DNA from: Octopus vulgaris | Taxonomy: Eukaryota | Assembly (NCBI GenBank): GCA_951406725.2 | Contig: OX597827.1 | Coordinates: 58,776,001-58,840,000, forward strand | Direction of reading: 5' to 3' | Length of the DNA stretch: 64,000 nucleotides | In this document: piece after piece, positions 29,418 to 64,000 of the stretch | How the letters are laid out: every line of letters begins with the position of its first letter | Position numbering within the stretch: the first letter of the stretch is position 1 | Made by a program: the position numbers and the translations under genes | Notes under the pieces: model-generated | Database searches by the model: none | Told to the model about the DNA's origin: nothing | Seen by the model: only the letters and a program-made list of their open reading frames with translations

Positions 29418-29453
<36 letters not shown>

Positions 29454-29455
29454 TA

Positions 29456-29835
29456 CTAGCAGTATCGCCCGGCGTTGCTCGGGTTTGTAAGGGAAATAAC
29501 TATAAAGCATTTTTAGAGAGTTATAGCCAAAAAATAGAAAAAAATGGAAAAAAATTATGGTAAATTTTTTTTGAGAGTTAAAACGGTCGAGTTGCATCCC
29601 CTAGACAGTCTGTGGTTTGTGTTTCTGATTCTCGACCCCATGTTGAATTTATCGATTTCTTTCAGAACTGGGGGAACTTTTCAAAATCTTCGCTGCGTTA
29701 GTTTTGAATTATGACATTGGGCTATGTGTGTGTCAAGTTTCATCAGAATCGGTTGAAAGCCATGGTCAGGGTGAGGGTACAACCTGACAGACACACAGAC
29801 ACACACACAGACAAACTGCCGTTTATATATAGAGA
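29456..29835 (-). mobile_element. Non-autonomous Helitron
   Basis: 5' TC(TC)TATATATAAA, 3' hairpin CCCGAGCAACGCCGGG plus CTAG, inserted in a TA tract; near-identical to 41200-41584. Confidence 0.75.
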
Positions 29836-31006
29836 TATATATATAATATACACATATATATACTTGTATATACATACATACATATATATATATATGTTTT
29901 ATATGTATGCGCACACACGCACTTACATATACACTAAACTATACTGAGAGAGTGCGAATGTGAATGCGTGAGTGCGCGCGCGCGCGAGTGAGTGTGTGTG
30001 CGTGCGCGCGTACGTGCATGTTTGAGGAATTTCAGTTGAGAATGAAATATAGCTTACTCTACATTAACATTCAATGATAAAATATTTTAACTGTGTTCCA
30101 TCACATAAATATGTTTTTCGCTTCGTTGATTCTCAGTGATTTCTGACTTATGTTTTGGTACTCACTAACTGTTCTAACATACCAATTTCTACCAACAATA
30201 ATAGTAAATATTTTAAACTAATTTCAAATAAATTCAGAAATGCTCTTTTGTTATGTGATAATTGCTTCTAATTTATGAACAAATCTAGAAGTTTCGAAAG
30301 GAGATCATCGATGTCATCAACTCCAGCACTTGATTGGTACTTTATTTTATCGACCCCGAAAAGACGAAAGATAAAGCTTTCCGCGGAGTCAAAAAGAAAC
30401 ACTACGTTTCACCAGCACGCCGGGGTCGGCACTGGGTTAAGCACAGTACTCTCTTTCCCTAGCGTGAAGCTTCCTATCTCGGACATGTGAGCATGCGCAC
30501 AATAGCCAAACATCGCGTCGCTGGAACTGTGAAATGCACAGTTCTATACAAGGATTCTTGTATTTTTTTCATAAACTTAAGGATTATATAATGTACAAGT
30601 ATAAATAAAGAATTAAAGGAAAAAGAACTCATTATATTGAAAGCTATCGATAATATCGAGTGAAAATAGAGGGTGATGCAGTTCCGCAGTGCCTATACAT
30701 GAGCCGCCACTTGAAGAGAGTAAAGTAAAAATTTAGCTAGATCGTTCTTTTATCTGGCTACTAGTGTTAGTGAAAAGGATGTTGTTTTCATCCGTTTATA
30801 ACTGTTTAGGAAAATAGGAAATATGGAAGCTGGAGAGAAAGAAAGGAAGAAAGACAGAGAGACAGAAAGAGTGAAAGAAAGAGTGAAAGAAAGAAAGAAA
30901 GAGAGAAAGAAAGAGAGAAGAAGGAGAAAGTGTTTATGACGTTATATATTGTATATAATATGAATATATGTGGCTTTTAACAAACATCTTCCTTTTAATG
31001 CTTTCC

Positions 31007-52977
<21,971 letters not shown>

Positions 52978-53104
52978 TTTAAAAACTTTTATTTTATTTC
53001 GGTGATGCTGTTGGTCTCCTGGTGGCAAGAAAAAAATATCACCGTTCACTTGTTACAGATGTAAGAAAAAAAAAACAGCAGCAGCCTTTGGGTGTTTGTA
53101 ATGA

Positions 53105-53156
53105 CCAACTGACACGACTCTTCCTTTTGCGGGAGCGAGTTATAATGTGACGTTGG
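53105..53156 (-). promoter_or_regulatory. Putative ferritin core promoter
   Basis: Minus strand carries CRE-like AACGTCA, TATAA (53144-53140) and Inr-like TCAGTT (53112-53107), about 130 nt upstream of the ATG. TATA-Inr spacing (-34) is slightly long. Confidence 0.45.
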
Positions 53157-53212
53157 TGTTTAAAGTTCAACTGATATATATCAGTGCGTGTGTGTGTTTG
53201 TGTGTGTGTGTG

Positions 53213-53283
<71 letters not shown>

Positions 53284-54109
53284 TGTGTGTGTGAGAGTTC
53301 ATCTGTGCAAGCGTGTGAGACTCTCTCTGTACGGATGTACAAGTGTGTGCATGTGTGCAGGCAAGTGTGCAGGCATGTGTGCAGGTATGTGTATGTTTGT
53401 GTGTGCAAATGTGTGTGTGTGTATGTATGTGTGTGTGTGCGTGTGTGCCTGTGTGCCTGTGACAACGGGAAAACGTCACAACTGCCAAAGGTCGCATTAT
53501 GCCGACATGTTTAATTATGTTGTAATCGGTAAAAATAAACAGAAGAGAAACGGTTTAATAATTTGCCCAAAATTCTGTTCTATATCATACCATCATCATC
53601 TTGGAGTGGCATCTAACTAGACCAGCACTAGGGTATATTGCTCGTTGCCGTTATTAGCCTGATTTCGTAGAGTCAATGATCAAAAAGGTTCCAGTCGTGA
53701 CCATTTATATTTATTCTTTATCTTTGATTTGTGTCAGTCCTTGGATTCTGGCCATGCTGGAACTCCGTCTTGATAAGGTTTAGTCGAACACTTCGCCTTC
53801 AGTACTTTTTCTTTATATTTGGTACTTATTCTATCGGTCTCCTTTTGACAAACTGCTAGATCACGGAAATGTGAACAAATTCACACCCGTTGGCGGGGAC
53901 AACAACAAGCACCAAGACACACTCACATACATACATACATACATACATACATACATACATACATACGTACGTACGTACATACATAAATACATACATATAT
54001 ACATACATACATACATAAATACATACATACATACATACATACATACATACATACATACATACATACATACATACATGTGTGTGTGTATGTGCGCGCTTAT
54101 ATATATATG

Positions 54110-56060
54110 AAAGAAAAAAATGTAGTTAAGAAAGATACTTTAATTAAATAAATTGTCAGGATTGTAGCAAGAAAAGTAATTCTTTGGCAAAAGGCATCCA
54201 TCCATTGTGTTATGATTGGATTAGTTAAACCGAAAATCTTAAACTTTTATCTAAAGTACCAAGCATTACTAAAATCTGTCAAAAATAGAAAAAATGTGCC
54301 ATTGTTTCAAACAAAGCGTAATGTGTTTAAAAACAATGTAATAAAAGATTTATATGACATTTCTTGTTGCAAGTGCAATTTCTTTCAAAATTTCGGTTGT
54401 GGCAGAGACAAAAAAGCACCAGAGAGAACAAGATTTTTTACAGGATCAACGGACAAATTGAAAAATGATCATTGGCGGAATAGATCAAGCAGTATCTAAA
54501 CAGAACGTTCAGAGGTTAATTAGAAAGAATCGGCCAGAGCACAGCCGGCCTTCTACGTCAGCAAAGGATTCTGAATTGATAGCGTTGTCATCAAGCAGTG
54601 AATCTGGAAATTAATCAGGCGAAGGTGAAGATGAAGATTCTCCAATTCCATTTTCCACGAAACGAAAAGACGTCAGCAAAAACCTAAGTTCGAAACCACC
54701 AATAAAACGAATGAAATTCCCAGAACTAGCTTCTGCCTGTGACCGCACCGGTGTGTCAGATCGTGCTACTGCTCTTACACGTTCGGTCATCAGCGACTTA
54801 ACGGCAAGTGCATCTGGTGAATGTTCTTTCGTTATAGACAGATCGAAAGTAAGGCGGGAACGATCCAGAAAACATAAATCTCTGCAGCAGCAAGGCGGGT
54901 CATATAAACCATTATTTGCCGTGTATTTTGATGGAAGGAGGGACATAACCCACGTAAGTGAACAAATAGGAAAAACATTTCGTAAGAAAACGATTCAAAA
55001 AGAACAGATTTCTTTGAAAGAAGAACCTGAGTCCCGCCATCTTGGGCACTTCGCTGTTAAAACGGGTTCTGCAAAAGTAATGTCCGATGGTTTGTTGAAT
55101 TATTTGGAAACCAATGAGATAATAACCAATCACATGATAGCTGTAGGCTGCGATGGTTCTGCAGTCAATACAGGGCCAAAAGGAGGCGCCAATTAGACTT
55201 TGGGAGGATAAATTGAAGAAGCAATTGCATTGGCTTGTGTGTCAGCTCCACACAAATTTGCTTCCCTTACACCATCTTATTAATCATCTCGACGGAAAAA
55301 CTAACGGACCTCGTGGATTTCTTGGTCCGATTGGTAAGAGACTGGAGTGATGTGAAACACTAAGTGTTGTGAAATTTAATCAGCTTCCAACGTACTTACC
55401 ATCAGTAGATAGAAATGATCTCAGCACTGATCAAAAATACCTTCTTGATATCCACCAGTCTATTTCTAAAAGGAAATGTTCATCTGAAATGGCATAAAGG
55501 GATCGCGATAAAATGGCACATTCTCGATGGCTTACAACTCCAAATCGTATGCTACGGTTGTATGTTGCCACCGAGAATCCTTCTAACACGATGAAATTAA
55601 TTGTTGCCTATATAATGAAAGTTTATGTGCCAATGTGGTTCACAATTAAACGAAACAGTTCCTCGGAAAATGAGGCCCTAAATGTGTTCAAGACGATTAA
55701 GTCTTCGAGAGAAATGGATCAAGCGGTACAAGACATTGTGTTTCCAGTTGTACAACGGAATGCTTACTTCGAACACCCAGAAAATATTTTACTGGGCATG
55801 ATAAACGATGAACGTAGCCACATTCCAGAACTAGCATGGAGGCGCAGAAAGCAGGCTTGAACACAGTAAAAAGGAAAATCTGTGCGACCTTTCAAAGTTC
55901 CTACCCTAAACTTTGCCACCTCAAACTACATGGACATAATTAAATGGCAGGACACTATTCTTAATGAACCACCTCTCACAAGAAACACGAGCAATTTCCG
56001 ATGAAAAAATTGATACCTTCATTCAACAGCGGAATTTGGTGCAACTGGAAAAATTACCGA
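54110..56060 (+). mobile_element. Decayed hAT-superfamily (hATm-like) transposase
   Basis: YFDGRRD, GCDGSAVNTG..GG, WLVCQLH (CxxH), HSRWLT, QRNAYFEHPENILL across several frameshifts and stops. Confidence 0.75.
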
Positions 56061-56451
56061 TGGAAAGAAAAGAAAAAAGAAAGAAAAAGAATGAAAGGGA
56101 AAAGGAAAGAAAGATTATTTTTGCTTGTATGATAACACTTATACTAACCTAGAAACGAGGCCGTCATTTTATCGTCTGCCAAGTTTATTGTTCCGAAAGA
56201 TGATTCATAACTATTCTCTTTATTATGTTCAATAACGTGCTTAATTGTACTACAGACATCTGTTTGATCAAAGTCTAAAACATTTAATTATCCATTGATT
56301 CATTATCTGTGACATTTTCTCTCTCTCTCTCTCTCTCTCTCAAACACACACAGACACACGCACACACGCACAAACACAAACATATATACACACATATATA
56401 TATGTAATCATGTATAGATATATATCGGTACATTTCAATTACACACATACA

Positions 56452-56541
<90 letters not shown>

Positions 56542-56690
56542 GGAGTATACACATAAATGTGAAACAAGGTGGAAAAAAGAGTACTCAAATACCAGTAGTA
56601 GAGTAATATGCTTTAATTAAAGCAGCAGAAAATTCAACAAAACCTGTTACTCTGAGTTTCCCGTTGCCGTTCATCGGACAGTTTTTGCTA

Positions 56691-56734
<44 letters not shown>

Positions 56735-56904
56735 GTATGTATATAGCGAGAAGTTGAGGTTATAAGAGATAATGGTGTCATTGATATCCAAAGGTGTCAG
56801 GTAATGCTGAACAAGTGCTATAGACAGACCATAGTTAAGTTCCAGATTCGGTAATATTGCTAATAAAGGGTTCAACGTTGGTTCTATGTCAGCGTGTGTA
56901 TATA

Positions 56905-57018
56905 AGAATTTTTTGCGTAATAAGATAAAAAAACAAACAAGGCTGTATAGATATTAGAGTATTTGCTCTAATATCTATACAGCCTTGGTTTTTTTATCTT
57001 ATTACGCAAAAAATTCTG
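56905..57018. repeat. Palindrome, about 55-bp arms (another, unrelated one at 21565-21712)
   Basis: AGAATTTTTTGCGTAATAAGATAAAAAAA...GGCTGTATAGATATTAGAG and its reverse complement. Confidence 0.88.
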
Positions 57019-57299
57019 ATATATATATATATACCTTCGAAACGCGGAGTAGCCGAAACTGGGACAACTGAAGAAGGGGAATATTCCTTGTGTTGTATAT
57101 CTTGCACTCTGTTTTTTCGTTGTTTGAAAAAAAGTCCGTTTCCATGTTTTTGTGTTTGTTTTCGTTTCTCATTGTGTCCAACGTTTTTTTTTGTGTCCTA
57201 TACCCATATATGCATGTATATATACATATTGATGTAGGTATGTACATATATATGTATGTATATATGCATATGTTTATATATTATTTTGTTATTATATAT

Positions 57300-57660
57300 A
57301 CTCTTTTACTCTTTTACTTGTTTCAGTCATTTGACTGCGGCCATGCTGGAGCACCGCCAGTACTTATTCTATCGGTCTCTTTTGCCGAACCGCTAAGTGA
57401 CGGGGACGTAAACACACCAACATCGGTTGTCAAGCAATGCTAGGGGGACAAACACAGACACAAACACATACACACACATATATATATATACATATATACG
57501 ACGGGCTTCTTTCAGTTTCCGTCTACCAAATCCACTCACAAGGCATTGGTCGGCCCGAGGCTATAGCAGAAGACACTTGCCCAAGATGCCATGCAGTGGG
57601 ATTGAACCCGGAACCATGTGGTTGATTAGCAAGCTACTTACCACACAGCCACTCCTGCGA
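57300..57660 (-). mobile_element. Family-A SINE with internal deletion
   Basis: Reverse complement of the family-A consensus. Confidence 0.85.
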
Positions 57661-57808
57661 CTATGTATATATATATATTAATAATGTGTTTTGAATGGCA
57701 CAACAATGCACTGTATTAACAACAATGGACTATAATAATTGCGGAATATAAAAATTCCTTCTTCAGATATCCCTAGGGATTGATCTCAAGTCACTGCTAC
57801 AATCGATT

Positions 57809-57940
57809 TTCCAACGGCTTTTTCTTTTTTTCTCTTTTTTGCCCCCTTCTTCCTTCTTTCCTTTGTTTTCCCCACTTCCAACGGCTTTTCTTTTTTTCTC
57901 TTTTTTGCCCCCTTCTTCCTTCTTTCCTTTGTTTTCCCCA
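57809..57940. repeat. Two-copy tandem duplication of about 67 bp
   Basis: TTCCAACGGCTTTT...CTTTGTTTTCCCCAC occurs twice. Confidence 0.9.
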
Positions 57941-59099
57941 CTTTTTTTTCTTTCCCCGGAAGTGTCTCTGCTATGGTCTCATGAAGCTCCTGGCTTACTG
58001 GAAAACAGTTAAAAAATTTCGAATAGCGACTACTAAAACAACGAATTTCAAAGAAAACTTACGAGCTACGAACAGGCGTCCTTTCTAGTATAGGCACAAT
58101 GCCTGAAATTTTGGGGAGGGGACTAGGTCGGTTACATTGACCCCAGTGTTTCTTTGGTATTTAATTTATCGATTCCGGAAGGATGAAAGGCAAAGTCGAC
58201 CTCGGCGGAATTTGAACTAAGAACGTAAGGACAGCTGAAATTCTGATAAGGATTTTACCCGGCGTGTACAAATTACTAATTATTGTTTATTCGTGTTATC
58301 AGAAGACATCATTCACTCAAGATTAATGAAGAGACAACTTATTTGATAAATAAATCAACCGAACCTGTAACATCAGACCATATAACATTATTTGATAACG
58401 ATTTCATTAGAAATAGAGGAACCGACCTCCGCTGAGGTCAATGAACCTTTAATACATTTCTGAAACAATTACTGAAGAAAAAATTTGGACATACATTTCC
58501 GGTTTTTTTTTTTTTATGAAACATAGGTGTTGGTATGGGTGTATGATTAAGAAGCTAATTTGCAATGACCTGGTGTTGGGTTCAGTCTTGCTGCGCAGAA
58601 CATTGGGCAAGTGCCTTCTATTATAAGCCCCGGGGCGACCAATGTTATGTGAGAGAATCTAATGAAAGGCAACTGCGTGAAATCCCCTTATGTGTATGTG
58701 TATTTTTGTCTGTGTCTACATCACTCTGCACCGCTTAACAACCAGTGTCGATTTATTTACGCCTCACAACTTAGCTGTTCATTAAGGTGTGTGCCTTGTG
58801 GTTAGGGTGTTACACCCACGGGCCTACTGTCGTGGTTTCGTTTTCTGGATCGGGCGGTGCGTTGTGTTCTTGAGCGAAACATTTCCTTTCACGTTGCTCC
58901 AGTCCACTCAGCTGCAAATGAGTTTCAGCAATACGTAGCTGGGAAGTCAATCCTACGATGGATCGACGTTCCTTTCAGTGGTGGTGGGCGAGGCGTGTTG
59001 TATTCTTAGTCTTTTGTCGGCGAAGAAAATGTGTTAAACACTGCCCTTATGAGTCGTGGCGCTCATGACAGATCCACGATCCAGGCCAGACAAAGCTCC

Positions 59100-59403
59100 A
59101 AAAGAAAATTATTATACAACGTGGAAATTATACACTTCCTTGGAGAGCAAGTACTTGCTTTTAAGGCTAAAATCGACATTGTTGGCTAAATAGACAATGG
59201 AAATATTTTGGGAGTTTTGGAACTAATTAATTATCACTATAACACTAAGATTAACCATTCGAACAAATTTAGGGCTTCGAAAATTTAAAAATAAGGCAAT
59301 GCAAGCGCATTATTTATCCCCTGATACACGAAATGAATTAATTAATCGTTGCGCTGATCAAATTAAAAGGGTTATTCCAAGAGAATTTGAAAGTGTGAAC
59401 TAT
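59100..59403 (+). mobile_element. hAT (Tip100/ZMYM1-like, DUF4371 region) transposase fragment
   Basis: IIHFLGEQVLAFK...NGNILGVLELI...HYLSPDTRNELI. Confidence 0.75.
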
Positions 59404-59662
59404 TAATTTCAAATTTTGGCACAAGGATAGCAAATTTGAAAGAAGGGCATAAGTCGATTACATCGACCCCAGTGTTCAACTGGTAGTTATTTTATCGACC
59501 CCCCAAAAGGATAAAAGGCAAATAAGATATCTTTTCGAGACAAATTTTTCCGCTTTGTAAGGGTAACTTACCCAGTATTCCTGTTGTTCTAACGGCAATT
59601 CTGCGTTCGAAAAACATACATCATCTTATTTGTAGCGTACAATATTCCAAAGTTGGCATTCT

Positions 59663-59918
59663 TTCGATTATAACTCGACAAGATCAAAACACTTCACTTC
59701 GGGTATTTCCGTGGAAGCAAATGACAGTTCGATTCTGTTTTCTGCTTGGAAATTTGCGGATTTTACATACACACCTGAAACAGGTAAGAACAAATATGCA
59801 AGGCTTTTTTTCTTCAAGTTTAAAATGAGACATTGCTGGCATAATTTCGATATATCTATACTCCACAACCCACGGAAATATCCGGTGAAATGGCTCGACC
59901 TTGTCGAGCTATATCGAA
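59663..59918. mobile_element. MITE-like element with about 50-bp imperfect inverted ends
   Basis: TTCGAT.ATA.CTCGACAAG...TATTTCCGTGG / CCACGGAAATA...CTTGTCGAGCTATATCGAA. Confidence 0.6.
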
Positions 59919-60129
59919 GGAATGCCCAAAAGTGTCCGTCATTTTGTTGTTTTTCCTGTCCGACTTCGTATCGTCTATCTATCCGGATGATTTATTGTCT
60001 GTTGCGTTCTTGTTCAATCTTTTCTTTTTTTTTTTATGATTTATGTATACATATAGCGGCATACGTACACTTTTGTTCACCTTGTAAGATATGTGGATCT
60101 TACAGAGGGAAATTTCAATGCAAGATTTC

Positions 60130-60400
60130 GTAATCACACAGTTAGCTTCAGAGACTGGATAAACGCAAGGCAACTAAATTATCCAGTTATATTTCGTCTT
60201 TAAAATAGCAACGGATTGACTTAGCATTAGCTGGGAAATATTGGCAAAATGCAAACCTTATCCTAATGGTAGTAGTAGTAAATGCAGTTTGTGTGAAATG
60301 GAGAGATGGCTTATCTGGAAGAGTACTTTAGATTCAAATACATGTTTAAATTCAAGGTATGAAGAACTTGTCAACATATCAGAAAATTCCTGCAAGGGGT
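60130..60400 (+). mobile_element. Penelope-like element C-terminal fragment
   Basis: ISWEILAKCKPY.NG.SKCSLCEMERWLI...LNSR motif typical of the PLE endonuclease C-terminus. Confidence 0.7.
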
Positions 60401-60547
60401 TTACCCCCCACCCCTACCGCAAGGTAATACTTGAAGATTTCATCGACTTATTCCTCATAATATATATATATATATAAGATGAAACTTACTTGGAAATGGG
60501 TGCGTGGCGTTCAATCAAATAATAATATAAACAATATATATATATAT

Positions 60548-60793
60548 CACGTGACTGACCAGACCATCAGACATTGTTACACATCGCTGGTCACAATGCG
60601 TTCGCATTGTTTTAGCCTTCGAATGACCCCACCCCGCTGGCTAAGCGAGCAGGCCAACAGAAGAAAGAGTGGTGAAAGAGTACAGCAGGGATCACCACCC
60701 CCTGCCGGAGCCTCGTGGAGCTTTTTTAGGTGTTTTCGCTCAAACACTGACAACGCCCGGTCTGGGAACGCGCGGTCGTAGGATCGTGGTTTC
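60548..60793 (-). mobile_element. Family-C SINE variant with RTE-type tail (tail-only copy at 4035-4152)
   Basis: Family-C body joined to CATTGTGACCAGCGATGTGTAACAA... Confidence 0.8.
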
Positions 60794-61332
60794 GATATAT
60801 ATATATGCATATATACACACATATGTACATACAGCGAACGCTGGAAGAAGATTCTTGTTCTCTCTCTCTCTCACCCTTTCGCTTTTTCTCTCATTCTTTG
60901 TCTAATTCTTTTTTCTCCCATTCACCGTTTTCTGTCTCTGTCTCTCTTCCTCTTCCTCCTTTACTCGCTCTCGTTGCTCACACTTGACCATCGTCCATCT
61001 TTCCTTTCCTCACGTGATCATTCTTTTCCTTTAGTCTGTTGTGCAGTCCAGACGCATTCCTATCTCTTCTCTTATCAAAGAATCTTCTTCCAGCGATCAC
61101 TACCTTACCTCGCCTGAGCCTGACGGCCTCCCTGTTTCTATTCGTTTGTTGTAAGTCCTGTTTTTGTTACCAACGTTGTCCCTCCTCAAATCTCAAATGT
61201 TATTTTGGTTCCCTGGAGCAACTGCCTTCGTTTTTTATGTTACTTGTCTTGTTTTCCACTGTTTCTCTCCTTCTTTGAATACCCAACGTTATTTTCGTAT
61301 TTCATGTTGTTTACGTTTTGTGACGTCCTGTA

Positions 61333-61385
<53 letters not shown>

Positions 61386-61846
61386 CTACATGTATATATA
61401 TATATACAACTAAAAATAAGGGTGTCTAGGAGACACCACTATGCCGAAATAGCAGTCAAAACCCTGACTTTAAAAACCACGTTAAATGTTCATATCGTAC
61501 CATGAGATAAGACAGAGGGACAAAATAGACTAGCAAAAAATATTTTTTGACTGCTATTTCGGCATGGTGGTATCTCTTAGACACCCTTATTTTTAGTTGT
61601 AAAATAATTATTACCTTTGTACGGTATTTTTTCCCATGCTTAGCCACTTGATAATATCGATATTATCCTTATTTATAAATATATAAATATATATATACAC
61701 ATACACAAACTATAGATTTAGAGTTACTTCCCTTTTATACTTTGTTTTTCGTTATTTTCAATTTTACATGAGTTGCTCCCCTTGAATTTTAGCCTTGTAA
61801 TGCAATTTTAAAATTATTTTCCTTCATACAACTTTGTTATATACAT

Positions 61847-61895
61847 TGGCTGAAGATGATCTGCCTTTGTGGGTTGCTTGAAACTCGGAGTACCA
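61847..61895 (+). ncRNA. Hammerhead-like motif
   Basis: UGG-CUGAAGA-(weak stem II)-GAAA-CUCGGAG-UA-CCA; related degenerate copies at 14824-14871(-) and 56644-56681(-). Confidence 0.55.
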
Positions 61896-62245
61896 CTTTA
61901 TGACAATAATTTACTGTATATTCTAATATTTTTTAAGCTATCCTCTATTTGATATCTTGAGGTCTAATTATTTTTGTGCATACTTCAATACAGCGTATAT
62001 ACTCTTTTACTTGTTTCAGTCATTTGACTGTGGCCATGCTGGAGTACTGCCTTTAGTCGAGCAAATCGCTTAACAACCTATGCTGGTGTGTTTACGTCCC
62101 CGTAACTTAACTGTTCGACAAAAAAGACCGACAGAATAAGTACTAGGCTTGCAAAGATTAAGACCTGGGGTCGATTTGCTCGACTAAAGGCGGTGCTCCA
62201 GCATGGCCACAGTCACATGACTGAAACAAGTAAAAGAGTAAAGAG

Positions 62246-62277
<32 letters not shown>

Positions 62278-62589
62278 ATTGTGTCTGAGAAGAGTCATTC
62301 CCTTTTAGCTACTTATTAATTTAACACACTCACCAATCTGATTTCCACTCATTTACTTCTTTATTTTTACTAAAATTTTCGTTGTCTTGCAAACGTTTCC
62401 ATAGTCTTTGACTGTCCGTTATTAGAACAGCGTTTCTTTCTGTATGCTTGTTTGTGCGTCTGCGTGTATCTCTGTGCATACACATATGTATGTATACATG
62501 TATGGGTCTGTGCATGCTTGTATGTATGTACTCCGCATGTGAGTATGCATGTATTCTGCATAACCATGCGTCTGTTGGTTTGTAGTAAT

Positions 62590-63110
62590 GTCAGTTGCAA
62601 TTAGGTTGTGGGATTATTTTATAATCAAAATGTCCAGAAATGGGAGCTGTTCCTTGCTATATTCCATTGTAAATTGAATATTGGAGTTTATACTGTTTGG
62701 TGTGGATTTGAAATCCAGAAGTTTATCATAGGTTTCATTCCAGATGATAAAACAATTGTCGAGGTACCTTTTCCAGTTTTCTCTTATATACTGGTGGAAT
62801 GGGGATCCAAATTTTTGGAGTAAAAGTTCATATAGGGTAGATTCAAAGAAACCCGTTATATATATCACATGGGAAAATGCGAGCATGAAAAGTAATATTC
62901 TTAAGATTATAAACCTGGAAAAGTACAGGACAAGTTGTTACACCTGGAAAAGTATAGGACAAACTATTACTTCTAGTAAAGAATAAGAAACTTTTTACTT
63001 AAAATATTGCAGCAAAGAATGCCAGTTCTTCTAATTTATCACTCTTTACAGTTCTCATCTTTAAGTTTATTGTACAAAACTGTTCAGTTAATTTTTAAGT
63101 TTGCCTAATT
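62590..63110 (-). mobile_element. Penelope-like RT fragment
   Basis: ENWKRYLDNCFIIW...INSNIQFTMEYSKEQLPFLDILIIK, same family as 34230-36905. Confidence 0.85.
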
Positions 63111-64000
63111 AGTCACTTTTTTCTGTATTTAAGGTAGTATATTAGCTAAATTCTACTTAAATAAGGAAAGTGTTATTTGTAAACTATAATAAAATATTTT
63201 TTAATATTCAAATATTAATTTTAGCTGCAACATTTTAAGTTGGCAAGCATGGTGGCAAGTATGGTGTTCATGCCTAGATGCTCTTCCTAATGCTAACCAC
63301 CTTACAGAGTGGTCTGTTTTGGCATGGATGCATGTATGTATATAGTTGTGTGTGTGCATGTGCGTTCATCATCATTTGCACAGTCACATTTCTGAGCATG
63401 GGTTACATGGAATTCACTGAGGCAGGCTGTCTCTGACTGGATGCCTTTCTTGTTGCCATCTGTTTCTGAGCAAGGTAATATTTCCCTTAGGTTGGATAAG
63501 CTTTCATAGAGAATCAGAAACAAGCAACACAGCTTGTGTAACAGTGAGATATGTTTACAACTATTGCACACACACACATGATAGACTTCTTTCAGTTTCT
63601 GCTAATCAAATATACTCAAAAGGTTTTATATATAATATTTATGTATTTATGAAATTATTGTCATATTTATTACAATGAGCATTGAAATGCTATTAAGAAA
63701 ATATGCAGGCATAAAATAAATGTATATAAATCTATAGACGTACAATTTTCCCTCTGTCTCTCTCTCTATATATATGTATATACACAGACATAGACAGATA
63801 GATACAAACACGTGTGTATATATCATCATCATCATCATATATGAATAGATAGATAGATTAATAAATAGACAAATATACATATATATATATATATGTATAT
63901 ATAAAAAATATGTTTATAGAGATAGATACATGTGTACATGTGTGTGTCTGTGTGCGTGTATTTGCATGAACATGAACATGTATGTGCGTGTGTGTGTGTG

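Noticed and set aside
54711-55860. Possible domesticated transposase gene divergent from ferritin
   Set aside because: Multiple frameshifts and in-frame stops with no splice sites rescuing them; a decayed transposon.

Overview
AT-rich eukaryotic DNA saturated with microsatellites ((TA)n, (TATG)n, (CA)n, (TAGA)n, (AAT)n). The repeat content looks like an Octopus/coleoid cephalopod genome (inference). Nearly all ORFs in the supplied track are microsatellite or repeat artefacts. The one well-supported host gene is a minus-strand, intron-rich secreted ferritin (CDS 52977 down to 31007), assembled by hand from GT-AG exons. It has a signal peptide, an intact ferroxidase centre, altered 3-fold channel residues and no canonical IRE. 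Its BC-loop insertion is encoded by two tandem-duplicated 36-nt Cys-containing microexons that have diverged much more than their flanking introns. The rest is transposon-derived: several tRNA-derived SINE families with swapped head/tail modules, decayed Penelope-like, R4/Dong and RTE retroelements, Tigger/pogo, hAT and mariner fragments, non-autonomous Helitrons, MITEs and long palindromes. About 14 minimal hammerhead-ribozyme-like motifs of the Penelope type occur, including a canonical one in sense orientation in ferritin intron 1. Repeat boundaries are approximate unless a TSD or terminus is quoted.
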